From an uncultured Pseudomonadota bacterium (GTDB taxonomy: Bacteria > Myxococcota_A > Polyangia > Fen-1088): a stretch of 64,000 nt of DNA. The position numbers and the translations under genes were made by a program. Where the stretch lies: assembly GCA_963847705.1 (NCBI GenBank), contig CAWKBC010000030.1, forward strand, positions 1 through 64,000. The letters run 5' to 3'. The notes below the pieces were generated by a model that had not been told where the DNA came from, did no database searches, and was given only the letters and a program-made list of their open reading frames with translations. Position 1 is the first letter of the stretch. Each line of letters opens with the position of its first letter. Positions 20,602 through 30,210 of the stretch are shown here, piece after piece.

Positions 20602-21423
20602 CTACGTTGAGTCGTCGCTGACCCGAATCTCGATGACGACCTTCGTCGCTCCGCCTCCGTCGAACGACTGCCGGCGGTGATGCTGGATCACGTAGTCGAT
20701 CTCTACTCGGCGACCGGGGCTGTAGTAACGACCAAATGCAAGGGCGTTCGACTCGCGCGTCCACTGAGACAGAGTGCCGTCCTCGGACCGCAGTTCGAAC
20801 TCGGGCCAATCATTCATACTTGCCATGTATACGCGCGAGATCTGCCCACGAACTGTTTGGAGTGCGAGCGCGCCTCGCTCGATCTGACCCCACCAGTCGT
20901 CGGAGCCGACGAGGCCGTGAGTCGGCTCGATTCCAAACTCTTTCGTCGTGAGGGTCGCCCGCTGGATATGCCTGATGCGCTCAGGGTCGTTCTTGAGCCG
21001 ATAGACCGTGACGAAAGGCTGGCTTGGCGATGGCGGGATCGGGAGCTTCGTTGCAGGATCGATTGCACCCTTGAACTCCGGACCTGTGTAAACGTCGACG
21101 ACGCTGATCTTCCCGACAATCTGAAGGTTGAGTTCAAGGAGGTGGGCCGCCGGTATCCAGAGTTCGCGATGCTCGCTGGCGCCCACCGTCTGAACCCGGT
21201 AGCGGCCCACGATGGCGCCGGGCAGCTCGAACTGCGTAACGAACCCCGCGTAGCCCGATGCCGTGTCTTTTGTGTTCCAGTCACGGGCAATCTGCTGCGC
21301 ATATGACTGCTCAAGAACCGGATAGAAGAAGTCCTGTCCGGCGAGGCGAGGCGGAAACGCGCGGAATCCGCTGCCTGCGATCAGGTGCAATTCCGTGAGG
21401 CCGACAGGTCTATAGAGGATCAC
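20602..21423 (-). CDS. Two-domain hypothetical protein
   Basis: N-terminal LYRPVG..EL.LI...FPPRL..Q..FYPVL..YA.QIARDWN domain (a conserved family of unclear function), a Pro-rich linker, then a second ~130-aa domain; less GC-biased codons than neighbours. Confidence 0.7.
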   Translation of the reverse strand: MILYRPVGLTELHLIAGSGFRAFPPRLAGQDFFYPVLEQSYAQQIARDWNTKDTASGYAGFVTQFELPGAIVGRYRVQTVGASEHRELWIPAAHLLELNLQIVGKISVVDVYTGPEFKGAIDPATKLPIPPSPSQPFVTVYRLKNDPERIRHIQRATLTTKEFGIEPTHGLVGSDDWWGQIERGALALQTVRGQISRVYMASMNDWPEFELRSEDGTLSQWTRESNALAFGRYYSPGRRVEIDYVIQHHRRQSFDGGGATKVVIEIRVSDDST

Positions 21424-21734
21424 GTTGCACCGACGTCCGCCCAACGCTGTCTTCAGCTGCAGTCTCCCGCTGCTCGAAATTTTCGGCAAGCAGAGGGGGC
21501 GGGGTCGGTGACTTCGCGCGATCCTTGCCTTCCCTCTGACGGGGGCGGTTCCCGGCGGGCTGTCTCCGCCCAAGAGCAGCGTGCGTCACGGATCATGGCC
21601 GAGCGGGCTCCGATACCGAAACCCGCCGTGGTCTCGAGGGGCGAGCACTGGCCGGGTTCGCCACAGGTGGGAAGACCTTCGGTTTCAAGACAATCACCCA
21701 GCCAAATCCTCCCGACCGAGCCCACCCGAGAAAG

Positions 21735-21800
21735 GTGCGGGTCAAGGCAGAGGAAGAGTCAGGAGTGGTGCTCCGGATTTTTGAGATGTACGCGGATGAA
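21735..21800 (+). pseudogene. Possible fragment of a large serine recombinase
   Basis: EEESGVVLRIFEMYAD resembles the EEA.VVRRIF.MY motif; no other domain parts visible. Confidence 0.3.
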
Positions 21801-21965
21801 CACAAGAACCGTGGACCGGGAGGACGGAGTGAAACTGATGGAGTGATCAGGGCGGGACGGCATCGTCAATGTCCGCGAGTTCGGTGGGGAAGCGGAGCGC
21901 CAGCCGGGTGCGAACGGGAAGTTGGGCAGGATTCGAACCGGTCGACCGGCGTGGGATGGTGAAAC

Positions 21966-22763
21966 TCAAAAAGGACAGATGTCGTCCACCGGCGTGCACA
22001 CAAGCGGAACCGTGAACATCGTCGTCCTGATCGAGATCGGCTGAGAAGTCAGGGAACACGACGCGTTGGCTCCGGCCCCAATCTGACAATCGAGCAACTG
22101 CTCGGGGTAATAGCTCAGGTCGACCGCCACGGTGATCGGGCCGGGCCTCCAAGACGACGCCGCGGCGTTCGCGAACTCAACAGTGGAGCCGACGATCGTG
22201 CCCGCCACTGACGTGAACTGACCGTCTGACGCCGTCAATTTGGCCGTGACGTACTCCACCTTCGAAAGATCGCCACCGGAGATCTGAACGATCAAGGTGC
22301 TCAACGTGTATTCCGAGCTCGTGAGCGACGATGTCAGCAGCGGGCCGACTTGATACGTCCCTGCGGTGGGGCCGATTGTCTCGGACACGATCTCGGATGC
22401 GTCTCCAATCTCGAGCGTCCAGGGGGGAGACAGGCCGGAAGGGATCGGGTTCAACGTTACCGAGGGCTCGTGGCAGCCCACCTGTCCGTCGTCGACCGTG
22501 GAAACCGTGTACTCCTGACCTCGGAACAGCGGAACCGACTGCCCATTCAAACGGGCGAACGCATCGTCTTCCAGGCTGCATGGATACGGCGAACTGCTAT
22601 CTGTGGTCAGCGTCGCCGTCAATTCGGCGGGCGAGGTCCCGAGGATGCTGACGGATAGCTGCTTGCTCTGAATATCACTTAGCTGGGTTCCCGACTGACA
22701 GGCAGACCCGACGAATGCGAGGGCGGCAAGTGCGGGAGCGGTCGTCTGGTAAACGCGGCGCAT
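21966..22763 (-). CDS. Hypothetical lipoprotein
   Basis: AGGAGG RBS; MRRVYQTTAPALAALAFVGSAC lipobox; Ser/Thr-rich body with paired Cys. Confidence 0.65.
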   Translation of the reverse strand: MRRVYQTTAPALAALAFVGSACQSGTQLSDIQSKQLSVSILGTSPAELTATLTTDSSSPYPCSLEDDAFARLNGQSVPLFRGQEYTVSTVDDGQVGCHEPSVTLNPIPSGLSPPWTLEIGDASEIVSETIGPTAGTYQVGPLLTSSLTSSEYTLSTLIVQISGGDLSKVEYVTAKLTASDGQFTSVAGTIVGSTVEFANAAASSWRPGPITVAVDLSYYPEQLLDCQIGAGANASCSLTSQPISIRTTMFTVPLVCTPVDDICPF

Positions 22764-23430
22764 GCCTCCTCGCCCTTTCACGGACGATGCCAACGCTGCG
22801 TGGCCGACATGTGGCCTCTGGCGGGCCGTCCGGGCAAGACTCTGACGCTCAGGTGTTCAAAACCTGCCGCTCCGATTGGGCCGCCGGCCGCCGTAAGTGA
22901 ATCTTGTCGTTCCCTTCGCCGTCGTTCCGCGAAATCAGAGAAGTCGCAACCCGAGCGGGATTCAAAACAGGGCCCGAAGATCGTGCAAAACTCCGGCGTT
23001 GCGCCGGCTTGCACAATGATCTTCGAGTCCTCCGTCGTCACGATGGGGTCGCGAGAGAGCCGTTGAAAACCTCAGAAATCGGTAGAAATCGGTTCACATG
23101 GGCCCCCAGTGGGCCCGAGAAAGTCGCGACTCTTTCAAACCAGCGCTGCCTTGTCAGTGGTGATCGGGGGAGACGTCGTAGAGCATCAGGAGTGGCGCCG
23201 ATCGCTCCCATCGCTCCTTCGGGCCCGCTGCCCGAGCAGCCTCGCATCCACAGGCGGAAACAACCGGCGGAGTGATCGCTGGCCACCGATCTCAGCGCTT
23301 CCTTGGCCCCACCAACCTCGGCGAGCTCACCGTCTTCAAGCATCTCCTGTCCCGACGGCACGGCCCTCCCCCTCGACTGCTCGGCCGACGACGGTGTCGA
23401 CGCCGGCGGGTCCGACGGAAGTGGTCCCGA

Positions 23431-23949
23431 CTAGCTCACGACCGGCGGCGGCGCTTCGCGCGAGGGCGTGGCGGGGCGCTCGCGCGTGGCCTTGAGCGCA
23501 CGCCCGAGCAGGATGAACGTGAGCAGTGTGACCATCAGCCCGCTGAGCAGAGCCTTGGGCTGCCAGATCGCGTTTCCCACCCCCATGAGGACGAGGAGCC
23601 CGAGCGAGCGCTTCAGGGCGGCGCGGACATTGCGCCGGGCGCGCAGCCACATGAAGCCCCAGGCGCCAACGAAGAGCAGGTTGATCGCCAGCGTGCCCAC
23701 CCGTACTGGGGCGGTGAACCTGAGCGGCAGCGCCTCCAGCGCGTCTGGCTCCGCGGCCTCGCTGTCCGCCGCTGGTTCCACGGCGGCCATGGTCTCGTCC
23801 GCGGTGAGCTGGTTCATGGCGAACTGGATCGGCGCCCCGATCGCCCAGATGACCGCCAGCGCGCCGATCCAGGAGACGCCGGCGCGGATCCGGCGCTCCG
23901 TTTCCGACGGAGCCGGCGGCGCGAACTCGATCTCGCTCGCGGCGTCCAT
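23431..23949 (-). CDS. Hypothetical membrane protein (about 4 TM)
   Basis: Four hydrophobic segments; starts 3 nt after the upstream stop. Confidence 0.6.
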   Translation of the reverse strand: MDAASEIEFAPPAPSETERRIRAGVSWIGALAVIWAIGAPIQFAMNQLTADETMAAVEPAADSEAAEPDALEALPLRFTAPVRVGTLAINLLFVGAWGFMWLRARRNVRAALKRSLGLLVLMGVGNAIWQPKALLSGLMVTLLTFILLGRALKATRERPATPSREAPPPVVS

Positions 23950-23952
23950 GCG

Positions 23953-25260
23953 TTAGTCTCCCAACCGGACGGAGACCGCGCTCCCCGTTCTCCGTGCCTC
24001 CACCAGCCGGCGGGCCAGCGATTCGTAGGAAGTGAACCTTTCCAGCGGCACGATCACGCCCCGATCGCTGAGATCCTTCCCGAGCCCCCGATCGACGTCG
24101 TCGTCTATCCGGTCGAAGAGGCCGGCGCGCACGGTCGTCGCGTGAACCCGGGTCACCGGCCCGAACAGCGGTCGCACGCTCGTCTCCGATCGCGCGAAGG
24201 CGAACATGGGTGACAGATAGCCAGCCTCGTGCACGGCGCCGAGGGCGCGCCGGAGCTGCGACGTGGACGCTGTCCGATCGGCGACGATGACAGCGACGCC
24301 ATCGAACGAGACCCCCGGCCGCAGCAAGATGAAGTTGTTCCGCAACGTCAGCAGTCGATCGCGCAGATCGTCAGCGGTCACCTTGTCCCCGTCGAGGGCG
24401 AGGCGGTCGACGAATATCTGGACGACCGGCGCTCGCTCCACGGCATCCGGTCCGACGAGATCGGGCGTGATCGGGTCGGCCGCGAGCAAGTAATCACCGG
24501 CCGACGGCGGCGGCCAGGCGAGCTCAGTCTCGGCCCTCAACGGGCGCGCGACGATCGTCAGCCCGGCGGCGAACAGCAGCAGAACGGCCGCGCACATCGC
24601 CTGCCGCGCGAGCGCGCGTCGCGACGAGGCCTGCGGGTCGCGGACCACGAACACCATCGCCAACGCGCCCAACCCCACGATCGTCCAGCGCGAGATGAGG
24701 GCGAACCGCATCAGGTGGTCGCGCGTGAAGTCCAGAGCCGCCCGCAGAATGGTCGCCTTTCGTTCGGGCTCCACGTCCGCCAGCGAGGCGAGCTCGTGAA
24801 TTGCATACGAACCGCAGAGCACGACCCCCACGAGGGTCGCCGACAGCCCCGTGAAGACGAGCGCCCCCCGCGCGGCGGTCGCCGGCATCTCGGGCTCGCT
24901 TCCGAGCGCGACGGCGAGGCCGATGGCCCACAGCTCCAGCGCGATCAAGGTCCCCACGGCCGCCATCGGGCTGGCGTTGACCAGACCATTGAGGCCGTCG
25001 GTGAACGCCTGGACCCCGCCGGCGGGCGCCCCCGCCAGCGCCCCCAGCGTGGTCATCCAGGAGGCGCGGAACGAGACGGCCGCCACGATCGGAATGAGCA
25101 GTAGCAAGGTCCCCTGGATCGCCTGCGCCCTCGGTGACAACCGGCGGCGGAGGCCGAGGACGATCGCGCGGAGCTGCGCGCCGCACACGACGAGCACGGC
25201 CGCCACGAGCAGGCGCCCGTGAGGAATGAATCCGACAGCGGCCTCGAACATCTCCCGCAT
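23953..25260 (-). CDS. Polytopic membrane protein with TolQ/AglR-like segment and C-terminal ExbD/AglS-like domain
   Basis: LADVEPERKATIL between TM helices; C-terminal PVVQI...LDG...LRDRLLTLRNNF.LLRP...FDG.AVIVAD...AGY. Confidence 0.55.
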   Translation of the reverse strand: MREMFEAAVGFIPHGRLLVAAVLVVCGAQLRAIVLGLRRRLSPRAQAIQGTLLLLIPIVAAVSFRASWMTTLGALAGAPAGGVQAFTDGLNGLVNASPMAAVGTLIALELWAIGLAVALGSEPEMPATAARGALVFTGLSATLVGVVLCGSYAIHELASLADVEPERKATILRAALDFTRDHLMRFALISRWTIVGLGALAMVFVVRDPQASSRRALARQAMCAAVLLLFAAGLTIVARPLRAETELAWPPPSAGDYLLAADPITPDLVGPDAVERAPVVQIFVDRLALDGDKVTADDLRDRLLTLRNNFILLRPGVSFDGVAVIVADRTASTSQLRRALGAVHEAGYLSPMFAFARSETSVRPLFGPVTRVHATTVRAGLFDRIDDDVDRGLGKDLSDRGVIVPLERFTSYESLARRLVEARRTGSAVSVRLGD

Positions 25261-25268
25261 GGCGCCGC

Positions 25269-25445
25269 TCAGAAGAACACGCGCCGCAAGACGGCGTCGA
25301 TGAGGAGGACCGAATGGACGATGAAATCGTTGGCCGCCAGGGCCGCGACGACGAATGCGCCGACGAGCAGCGCGCGGACGACAACGCTGGCCTCCCAGCT
25401 CGCCGGCGGCGCGCGCTCCGTCTCCGTTTCGTCCGGCCCCGCCAT
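25269..25445 (-). CDS. Small membrane protein
   Basis: 58-aa ORF with a hydrophobic helix ending 8 nt before the next start. Confidence 0.4.
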   Translation of the reverse strand: MAGPDETETERAPPASWEASVVVRALLVGAFVVAALAANDFIVHSVLLIDAVLRRVFF

Positions 25446-25814
25446 GCCGACGGCGAGTCTACACCCCGACCCCGCACCGGGGCCTGGCCCTCGACGCGGA
25501 GCGTGCCACGGTGCTCGGTGGCGTCCAGGGCAAGCTCGCTCCGCTCGTCGCGCTGCGCGCGACCCCGAACTCCGCCTGCGCGCCCTGACGGCGGTCACCG
25601 GAGCCGCCGCGGGACTATCCGCCGCCGTCGACTCGCACCTCGACCGAGCGTTGACCTTCGTGTCGACGTCGCCGGGTACAGGGACGTCGACGAGTACCGG
25701 TCACGGTTCGTCACGACCTTCGGTCTTCGACCTCGACTCGATAAATCAACTGCACCGTCAACGCCGACATGTCGCCGTCGTCGACATCACCGTCAACAGG
25801 GCCCCCTCTCTCTG

Positions 25815-26062
25815 GTCATCTCGCGCTTCGGGGTGAACCCGTGGCGGCTGCAGGCGTGGCTCGGCCGCTCTCCATCAACATGACCATGCGCTACGTCCAC
25901 CACGTCGAGGAGCACCACCGCCCGATCCCGGAGGAGATCCTCTCGGCCGGTGCGGCGATTCTCGACCCGGACCAGCGCGTGATCGCCATGCTGGGCGCCC
26001 GCTCCGCCGCTCTCCGTGGCAACACCGTGGCAACAGCGCCCCGGTCGCTCAGCAGCATCTAA
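25815..26062 (+). pseudogene. Tyrosine recombinase/integrase C-terminal remnant
   Basis: RFGVNPWRLQAWLGR-[frameshift]-SINMTMRYVH is the box II LGH...T..Y region with His changed to Arg; no N-terminal part; ends about 20 bp from the tRNA 3' end. Confidence 0.75.
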
Positions 26063-26083
26063 TCGTATCGCGAACTTAACCAG

Positions 26084-26155
26084 TAGGCGGGACAGGGATT
26101 GAACCTGCGACCCGGGCCGTGTAAAGACCCCGCTCTACCACTGAGCTACCCGCCT
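26084..26155 (-). tRNA. tRNA-Val(TAC)
   Basis: Minus strand folds AGGCGGG-TA-GCTC-AGTGGTA-GAGC-G-GGGTC-TTTACAC-GGCCC-GGGTC-GCAGG-TTCAATC-CCTGT-CCCGCCT-A; CCA not encoded. Confidence 0.97.
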
Positions 26156-26346
26156 GGGCGGGCGCCAGAATAACTCACTGGCGACGCATCACCCAGGGCG
26201 CTGGCGGTGTGAGAAGCCGGCCCCCCCGACCTCTCACACCGACTCAGGCCCATCCCGCCCGACCCCACCGAACGAGACCATCGTAGCTGAGGCATGTTTC
26301 GTTCTCCTTTCATCGACGCGAATCTTTTGTAAATTCCCCCCGACGA

Positions 26347-27660
26347 ATGACGAAAAGCGCACTGGCCATTGGAAAGCCACCCTATCGGGTCGGGCGCGCG
26401 CGGCTGCAGAATGGGCTGAAGCTGGTCACGGTGGAGACGCCGCACCTTCACAGCGCCACTCTCTGCCTTTACGTGCGTGCTGGCTCACGTTACGAAAGGC
26501 CGGAGACGAACGGGATCTCCCACTTCCTGGAGCACATGCTGTTCCGGGGGTCGTCGCGCTACCCGTCGTCGTTCGCGCTGAACCTGGCGATCGAGGAGCT
26601 GGGCGGCACCCTCTACGCCGAGACCGGGCGCGACTACTCGCTCTACCAGATCTCGCTTCACCCGCGGCAGCTCCAGCGCGGGATGGAGATCCTGGGCGAT
26701 CTGTTCAGCGCGCCGGAGTTCACGGACATCGATCTCGAGCGCCAGATCATCGTCGAGGAGATCCTGGAGGATCTCGACGACCGCGGGCGCAACGTGAACA
26801 TCGACGACCAGTCCCGCAAGCAGGTCTGGGGCGAGCACCCGCTCGGCTTTCCCATCACCGGGCCGCTCAAGAACGTACGTCGCTTCTCGACGCGCGACGT
26901 GCGCGCGCACTTCCGCCGCTTCTACGGCGCCGCGAACATGGTGCTCACCGTGGCCGGCCCCGTCCGCCTGCGCACCGTCGAGCGCCAGAGCCGCGTCGCC
27001 TTCGCCGGCGTGCCGCGGGGTGAGCGGCGGATGCCGCGGGCGCCGCGTCCGGCCGGGGTGGGGCCGCGCTTCCACGCCGTGCACAACGAGTCGGCGCAGA
27101 CGCAGGTGCACATCCTCTTTCACGCGCTCCCGGAGACCGATCCCGACTACCTGGCGATGCGGGCGCTGGTGCGCGTGCTCGACGACGGGATGTCGACGCG
27201 GCTCCACTACCAGATCTGCGACCAGAAGGGGCTGGCCTATTCGATCGCCGGATCGCTGCACTCGTACCACGACGCCGCGCTCCTGGAGATCGACGCCGCC
27301 TGCGCGCACGCCAAGCTGCCGGCGCTGGTGGGCGAGGCGCTCGGCATGCTTGGCCGGTTTCGCGACGAGCTGGTCGGCGAGGACGAGCTCGACAAGGCCA
27401 AGCGGCGCTTCGTGGGCGACATCGAGGCCTGCTACGACGATCTCGACGGCCTGGCCGGCTGGTTCGGCGGCACCGAGCTCTTCATGCGGGCCGACCCGCA
27501 GGAGAAGCGGGCCCGCGCGCTGGCCCGGGTTCGCCCGGAGCACATCCGGGCGGTGGCGCGCCGGGTGATCCGGCCGGAGCGGCTGTCGGTGACGTCGGTG
27601 GGTGCGCTCAGCCCGAAGCTCGCGCGCCGGGTCGAAAGAATCGTTCGCGAGTTTCGATAA
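26347..27660 (+). CDS. M16-family zinc peptidase
   Basis: GSRYE, inverted zinc motif HFLEH, M16 C-terminal pattern STRL...GLAYS. Confidence 0.93.
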   Translation: MTKSALAIGKPPYRVGRARLQNGLKLVTVETPHLHSATLCLYVRAGSRYERPETNGISHFLEHMLFRGSSRYPSSFALNLAIEELGGTLYAETGRDYSLYQISLHPRQLQRGMEILGDLFSAPEFTDIDLERQIIVEEILEDLDDRGRNVNIDDQSRKQVWGEHPLGFPITGPLKNVRRFSTRDVRAHFRRFYGAANMVLTVAGPVRLRTVERQSRVAFAGVPRGERRMPRAPRPAGVGPRFHAVHNESAQTQVHILFHALPETDPDYLAMRALVRVLDDGMSTRLHYQICDQKGLAYSIAGSLHSYHDAALLEIDAACAHAKLPALVGEALGMLGRFRDELVGEDELDKAKRRFVGDIEACYDDLDGLAGWFGGTELFMRADPQEKRARALARVRPEHIRAVARRVIRPERLSVTSVGALSPKLARRVERIVREFR

Positions 27661-27663
27661 GCT

Positions 27664-27745
27664 CGGGACCCTGGGATCCTGGGAGGGTCCCGCGCCCCCA
27701 GCGATGGGCTCGCATGAGCGGAGCTCGTGCTCCCCCGACGCGATC
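27664..27745 (-). repeat. Dispersed structured repeat, copy 1 (intergenic, between convergent genes)
   Basis: Close match to 62209-62282 with a partly duplicated terminal hairpin. Confidence 0.85.
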
Positions 27746-27753
27746 GGGCCTTC

Positions 27754-28188
27754 TTAATTCTTCTTTTTCTTGGCGGCGGTGGGGGGGGTGACCTCGATGG
27801 CGAGGGTCACGGTCTCCTTCACCGGCTTGCAGGCCTGTTCCTGGCAGAGGACGAAGTGGGCCTCGGCGCCAATCGTCTTCTTGCCGGCCTCGGTGGCCGA
27901 GACCGGGATGTCGAAGCGGGCGCTCTCCTTGCTGCTGGCGGCCAGGTCGGCGCGCGTCAGCTTCTCCTTCTTGACGGTCACGCCGGCCGGCATGGTGAGC
28001 GCAACGCTGATCGGGGCCTCGTCATTAACGTGCCAGCCCCCTTTCACCTTGATCGTCAGGCTGGCCGTCCCCGTGGCGCCGACGGCGACCTTCGGTTCGA
28101 CCTTGGTGATCTCGTAGAGCGATTCGGCGGCGCGCGCGGCGGCGGCGCCGGCGAAAGAGAGGGCGAGGGCGAGGGCGATGCGCTTCAT
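27754..28188 (-). CDS. Secreted DsbD N-terminal-like domain protein
   Basis: Signal peptide; GWHVN..AP and C-terminal LCQEQAC Cys pair. Confidence 0.7.
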   Translation of the reverse strand: MKRIALALALSFAGAAAARAAESLYEITKVEPKVAVGATGTASLTIKVKGGWHVNDEAPISVALTMPAGVTVKKEKLTRADLAASSKESARFDIPVSATEAGKKTIGAEAHFVLCQEQACKPVKETVTLAIEVTPPTAAKKKKN

Positions 28189-28307
28189 GGATGAGGGCCT
28201 CCGGGGCCTCAGCGTAGCATGTTGCGCATCGCAGCACGGCGGACCACCAGCGGCTGGCTCCAGCTTGACTGAACGGGTAGTCAGGTGTAGGTTGAGGTGA
28301 GAGAAAC

Positions 28308-28640
28308 ATGGAAACCAAGCGAATTTGGCGACGAGACCTCGAAGAGAAGCGGGTCGAACGACGGGTTCCGGCGGACTTCTATGCAGTTGAGCTGTCCGAA
28401 GGCGCCCGCTACCTGCGCAAGGTGACGAACGTGTCGGGCGACGGGCTCCTCATCCAGAGCCCGCTCGGGGACGAGCGGCCCGGGCAGACGGTCGATCTCG
28501 AGCTGCCGCGCCTCGAAGGCGAGGAGCCTCTGCGCGTTCAGGGCGAGGTCGTCTACGTGAAGGACGACGGGAAGGTCGGCGTTCGCGTGACGTCGGCGCC
28601 CCTGCCGGTCGGCGCGCTCGGCGGACGCGAAGCTCTTTAG
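28308..28640 (+). CDS. PilZ-domain protein
   Basis: EKRVERR, NVSGDG (D/NxSxxG), GEVVY, GVR. Confidence 0.8.
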   Translation: METKRIWRRDLEEKRVERRVPADFYAVELSEGARYLRKVTNVSGDGLLIQSPLGDERPGQTVDLELPRLEGEEPLRVQGEVVYVKDDGKVGVRVTSAPLPVGALGGREAL

Positions 28641-28670
28641 CCGACCGTCGGGCTAAGTTACACTCAGGCC

Positions 28671-28934
28671 ATGGCGCTCATCGACAAGGCCGATCGTGCG
28701 CGGCAACTGGCCCGCGCGATCGCCTCCGACCTCTCGATGTATCACGAGAAGAAGATCATCGAGGGGGTCGAGCGGGACACGCTGTTCGACACCATGCGGG
28801 ACGAAATCGAAGAGGGGCGGACGCTCTACAAGAGCCGCGTGACGCCGGAGATCTTCCAGCTCGGCCTCTACGATCGCGCGCTGGTCGACATGCTGCTGAA
28901 GTCTCGCGGCGGCGTGCGCTCGAAGATCTGGTAA
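28671..28934 (+). CDS. Small conserved hypothetical protein
   Basis: RARQLARAIASDL..Y..KI.EG pattern; good codon usage; 2 nt before rluD. Confidence 0.75.
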   Translation: MALIDKADRARQLARAIASDLSMYHEKKIIEGVERDTLFDTMRDEIEEGRTLYKSRVTPEIFQLGLYDRALVDMLLKSRGGVRSKIW

Positions 28935-28936
28935 CG

Positions 28937-29956
28937 GTGGCGCGTGGACGAAGCGCGGCTCCGCCGCGCGGAGTCCTTCGCGGGGGGGAGGGGGGACCCT
29001 CTCAGGGTCCCCAGCCAGATGCCAAGCGCCGGTTCGTCGTCGCGGCGGCGGCGGCCGGGCAGCGGCTCGACGTCTTCCTGTCGCAGGAGATCGCCGACGT
29101 CTCCCGCTCGCAGCTGGCGCGGCAGATCGGCCAGGCGGCGGTGACGGTGAACGGCGCGGCGGGGGTGCCGTCGCGCAAGCTGCACGCGGGCGACGTGATC
29201 GTCTGGGAGCCGCCGCCCGTGGTGGCGACGGAGATCGCCGCCGAAGCGATCTCGTTGACCATCGTCCACGAGGACCAGTGGCTGGTGGTGGTCGACAAGC
29301 CGGCCGGCCTGGTGGTGCACCCGGCGCCCGGGCACGAGGCGGGGACGCTGGTGAATGCGCTGCTGGCGCACTGCCGCGATCTGCGCGGCATCGGGGGAGA
29401 GCTGCGCCCCGGGATCGTCCACCGGATCGACAAGGACACCTCGGGCCTGCTGGTGGTGGCCAAGGACGACGCGACGATGAACGCGCTCGGCGCGGCTTTC
29501 AAGGCGCACACCATCGAGCGGGTCTACGAGGCGCTGGTGGCGGGCGCGCCGCCGGGCCCGAGCGGGCGGATCGACACGTTCTACGGGCGTGACCCACGCG
29601 AACGGAAGAAGTTCTCCAGCCGGGGCCGGTCGGGAAAGCGCGCCATCACCAACTGGCGCCTCACCGAGAAGTTTCCGGGGGCCGCGCGAATGGAAGCGCG
29701 GCTCGAGACCGGACGGACGCATCAGGTGCGCGTTCACCTGGCGGCGCTCGGCTGCCCGCTCCTGGGCGACAAGGTCTATGGCCGGCCGCCGCGTGATCTG
29801 GCGGTGCGCGCCATCGCCGACACGCTCGGGCGGCAGGCGCTGCACGCACGCCTGCTCGGCTTCGTTCACCCGGCCACCGGCAAGCAGATGACGTTCTCGT
29901 CAGTGTTGCCGCCCGACATGCTGGCGGCGCTGGCGGCGCTCCAGGCTCTCCGATGA
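28937..29956 (+). CDS. rluD: RluA/RluD-family pseudouridine synthase
   Basis: S4 domain RLDVFL, DKPAGLVVHP, HRIDKDTSG, TGRTHQVRVH, RQALHA; lies upstream of pgeF. Confidence 0.92.
   Translation: MARGRSAAPPRGVLRGGEGGPSQGPQPDAKRRFVVAAAAAGQRLDVFLSQEIADVSRSQLARQIGQAAVTVNGAAGVPSRKLHAGDVIVWEPPPVVATEIAAEAISLTIVHEDQWLVVVDKPAGLVVHPAPGHEAGTLVNALLAHCRDLRGIGGELRPGIVHRIDKDTSGLLVVAKDDATMNALGAAFKAHTIERVYEALVAGAPPGPSGRIDTFYGRDPRERKKFSSRGRSGKRAITNWRLTEKFPGAARMEARLETGRTHQVRVHLAALGCPLLGDKVYGRPPRDLAVRAIADTLGRQALHARLLGFVHPATGKQMTFSSVLPPDMLAALAALQALR
28940..29012 (+). repeat. Dispersed structured repeat, copy 2 (in-frame at the rluD N-terminus)
   Basis: Close match to 48084-48156; encodes ARGRSAAPPRGVLRGGEGGPSQGP. 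Confidence 0.85.
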
Positions 29957-30210
29957 CCTCCGACGGCGGAGTGACGCCGTGTCCGTTCTATCTGGGCGCC
30001 AGCCCGGGCTACAGCACCGACGCCACGGTGGACGTGCGGGCGCCCGGTTACGAGCACACCGAGGTCTCGGGCGTCTCGGTCGGGCAATCTGGCTGCGTTC
30101 CGCCGTTCTTTCCCGCGTCTGACCTCGAGGTGAACCTGAGCCCTCTTCCGCCCGATGCCGGCGCCGCGGCTGACGCGCAGCTCTCGTCGTCGTACGCTGC
30201 AAGGGGATGA
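29953..30210 (+). CDS. Short hypothetical ORF or fragment between rluD and pgeF
   Basis: ATGA overlaps with both neighbours; 85 aa, two Cys, no signal peptide. Confidence 0.4.
   Translation: MTSDGGVTPCPFYLGASPGYSTDATVDVRAPGYEHTEVSGVSVGQSGCVPPFFPASDLEVNLSPLPPDAGAAADAQLSSSYAARG

Noticed and set aside
21921-21947. tRNA T-arm-like sequence as an att site
   Set aside because: Does not match the tRNA-Val 3' end and does not fold as a tRNA.
23055-23147. IS-end or MITE-like segment with agaaatcggt direct repeat
   Set aside because: Terminal inverted match is weak; no target duplication or transposase.
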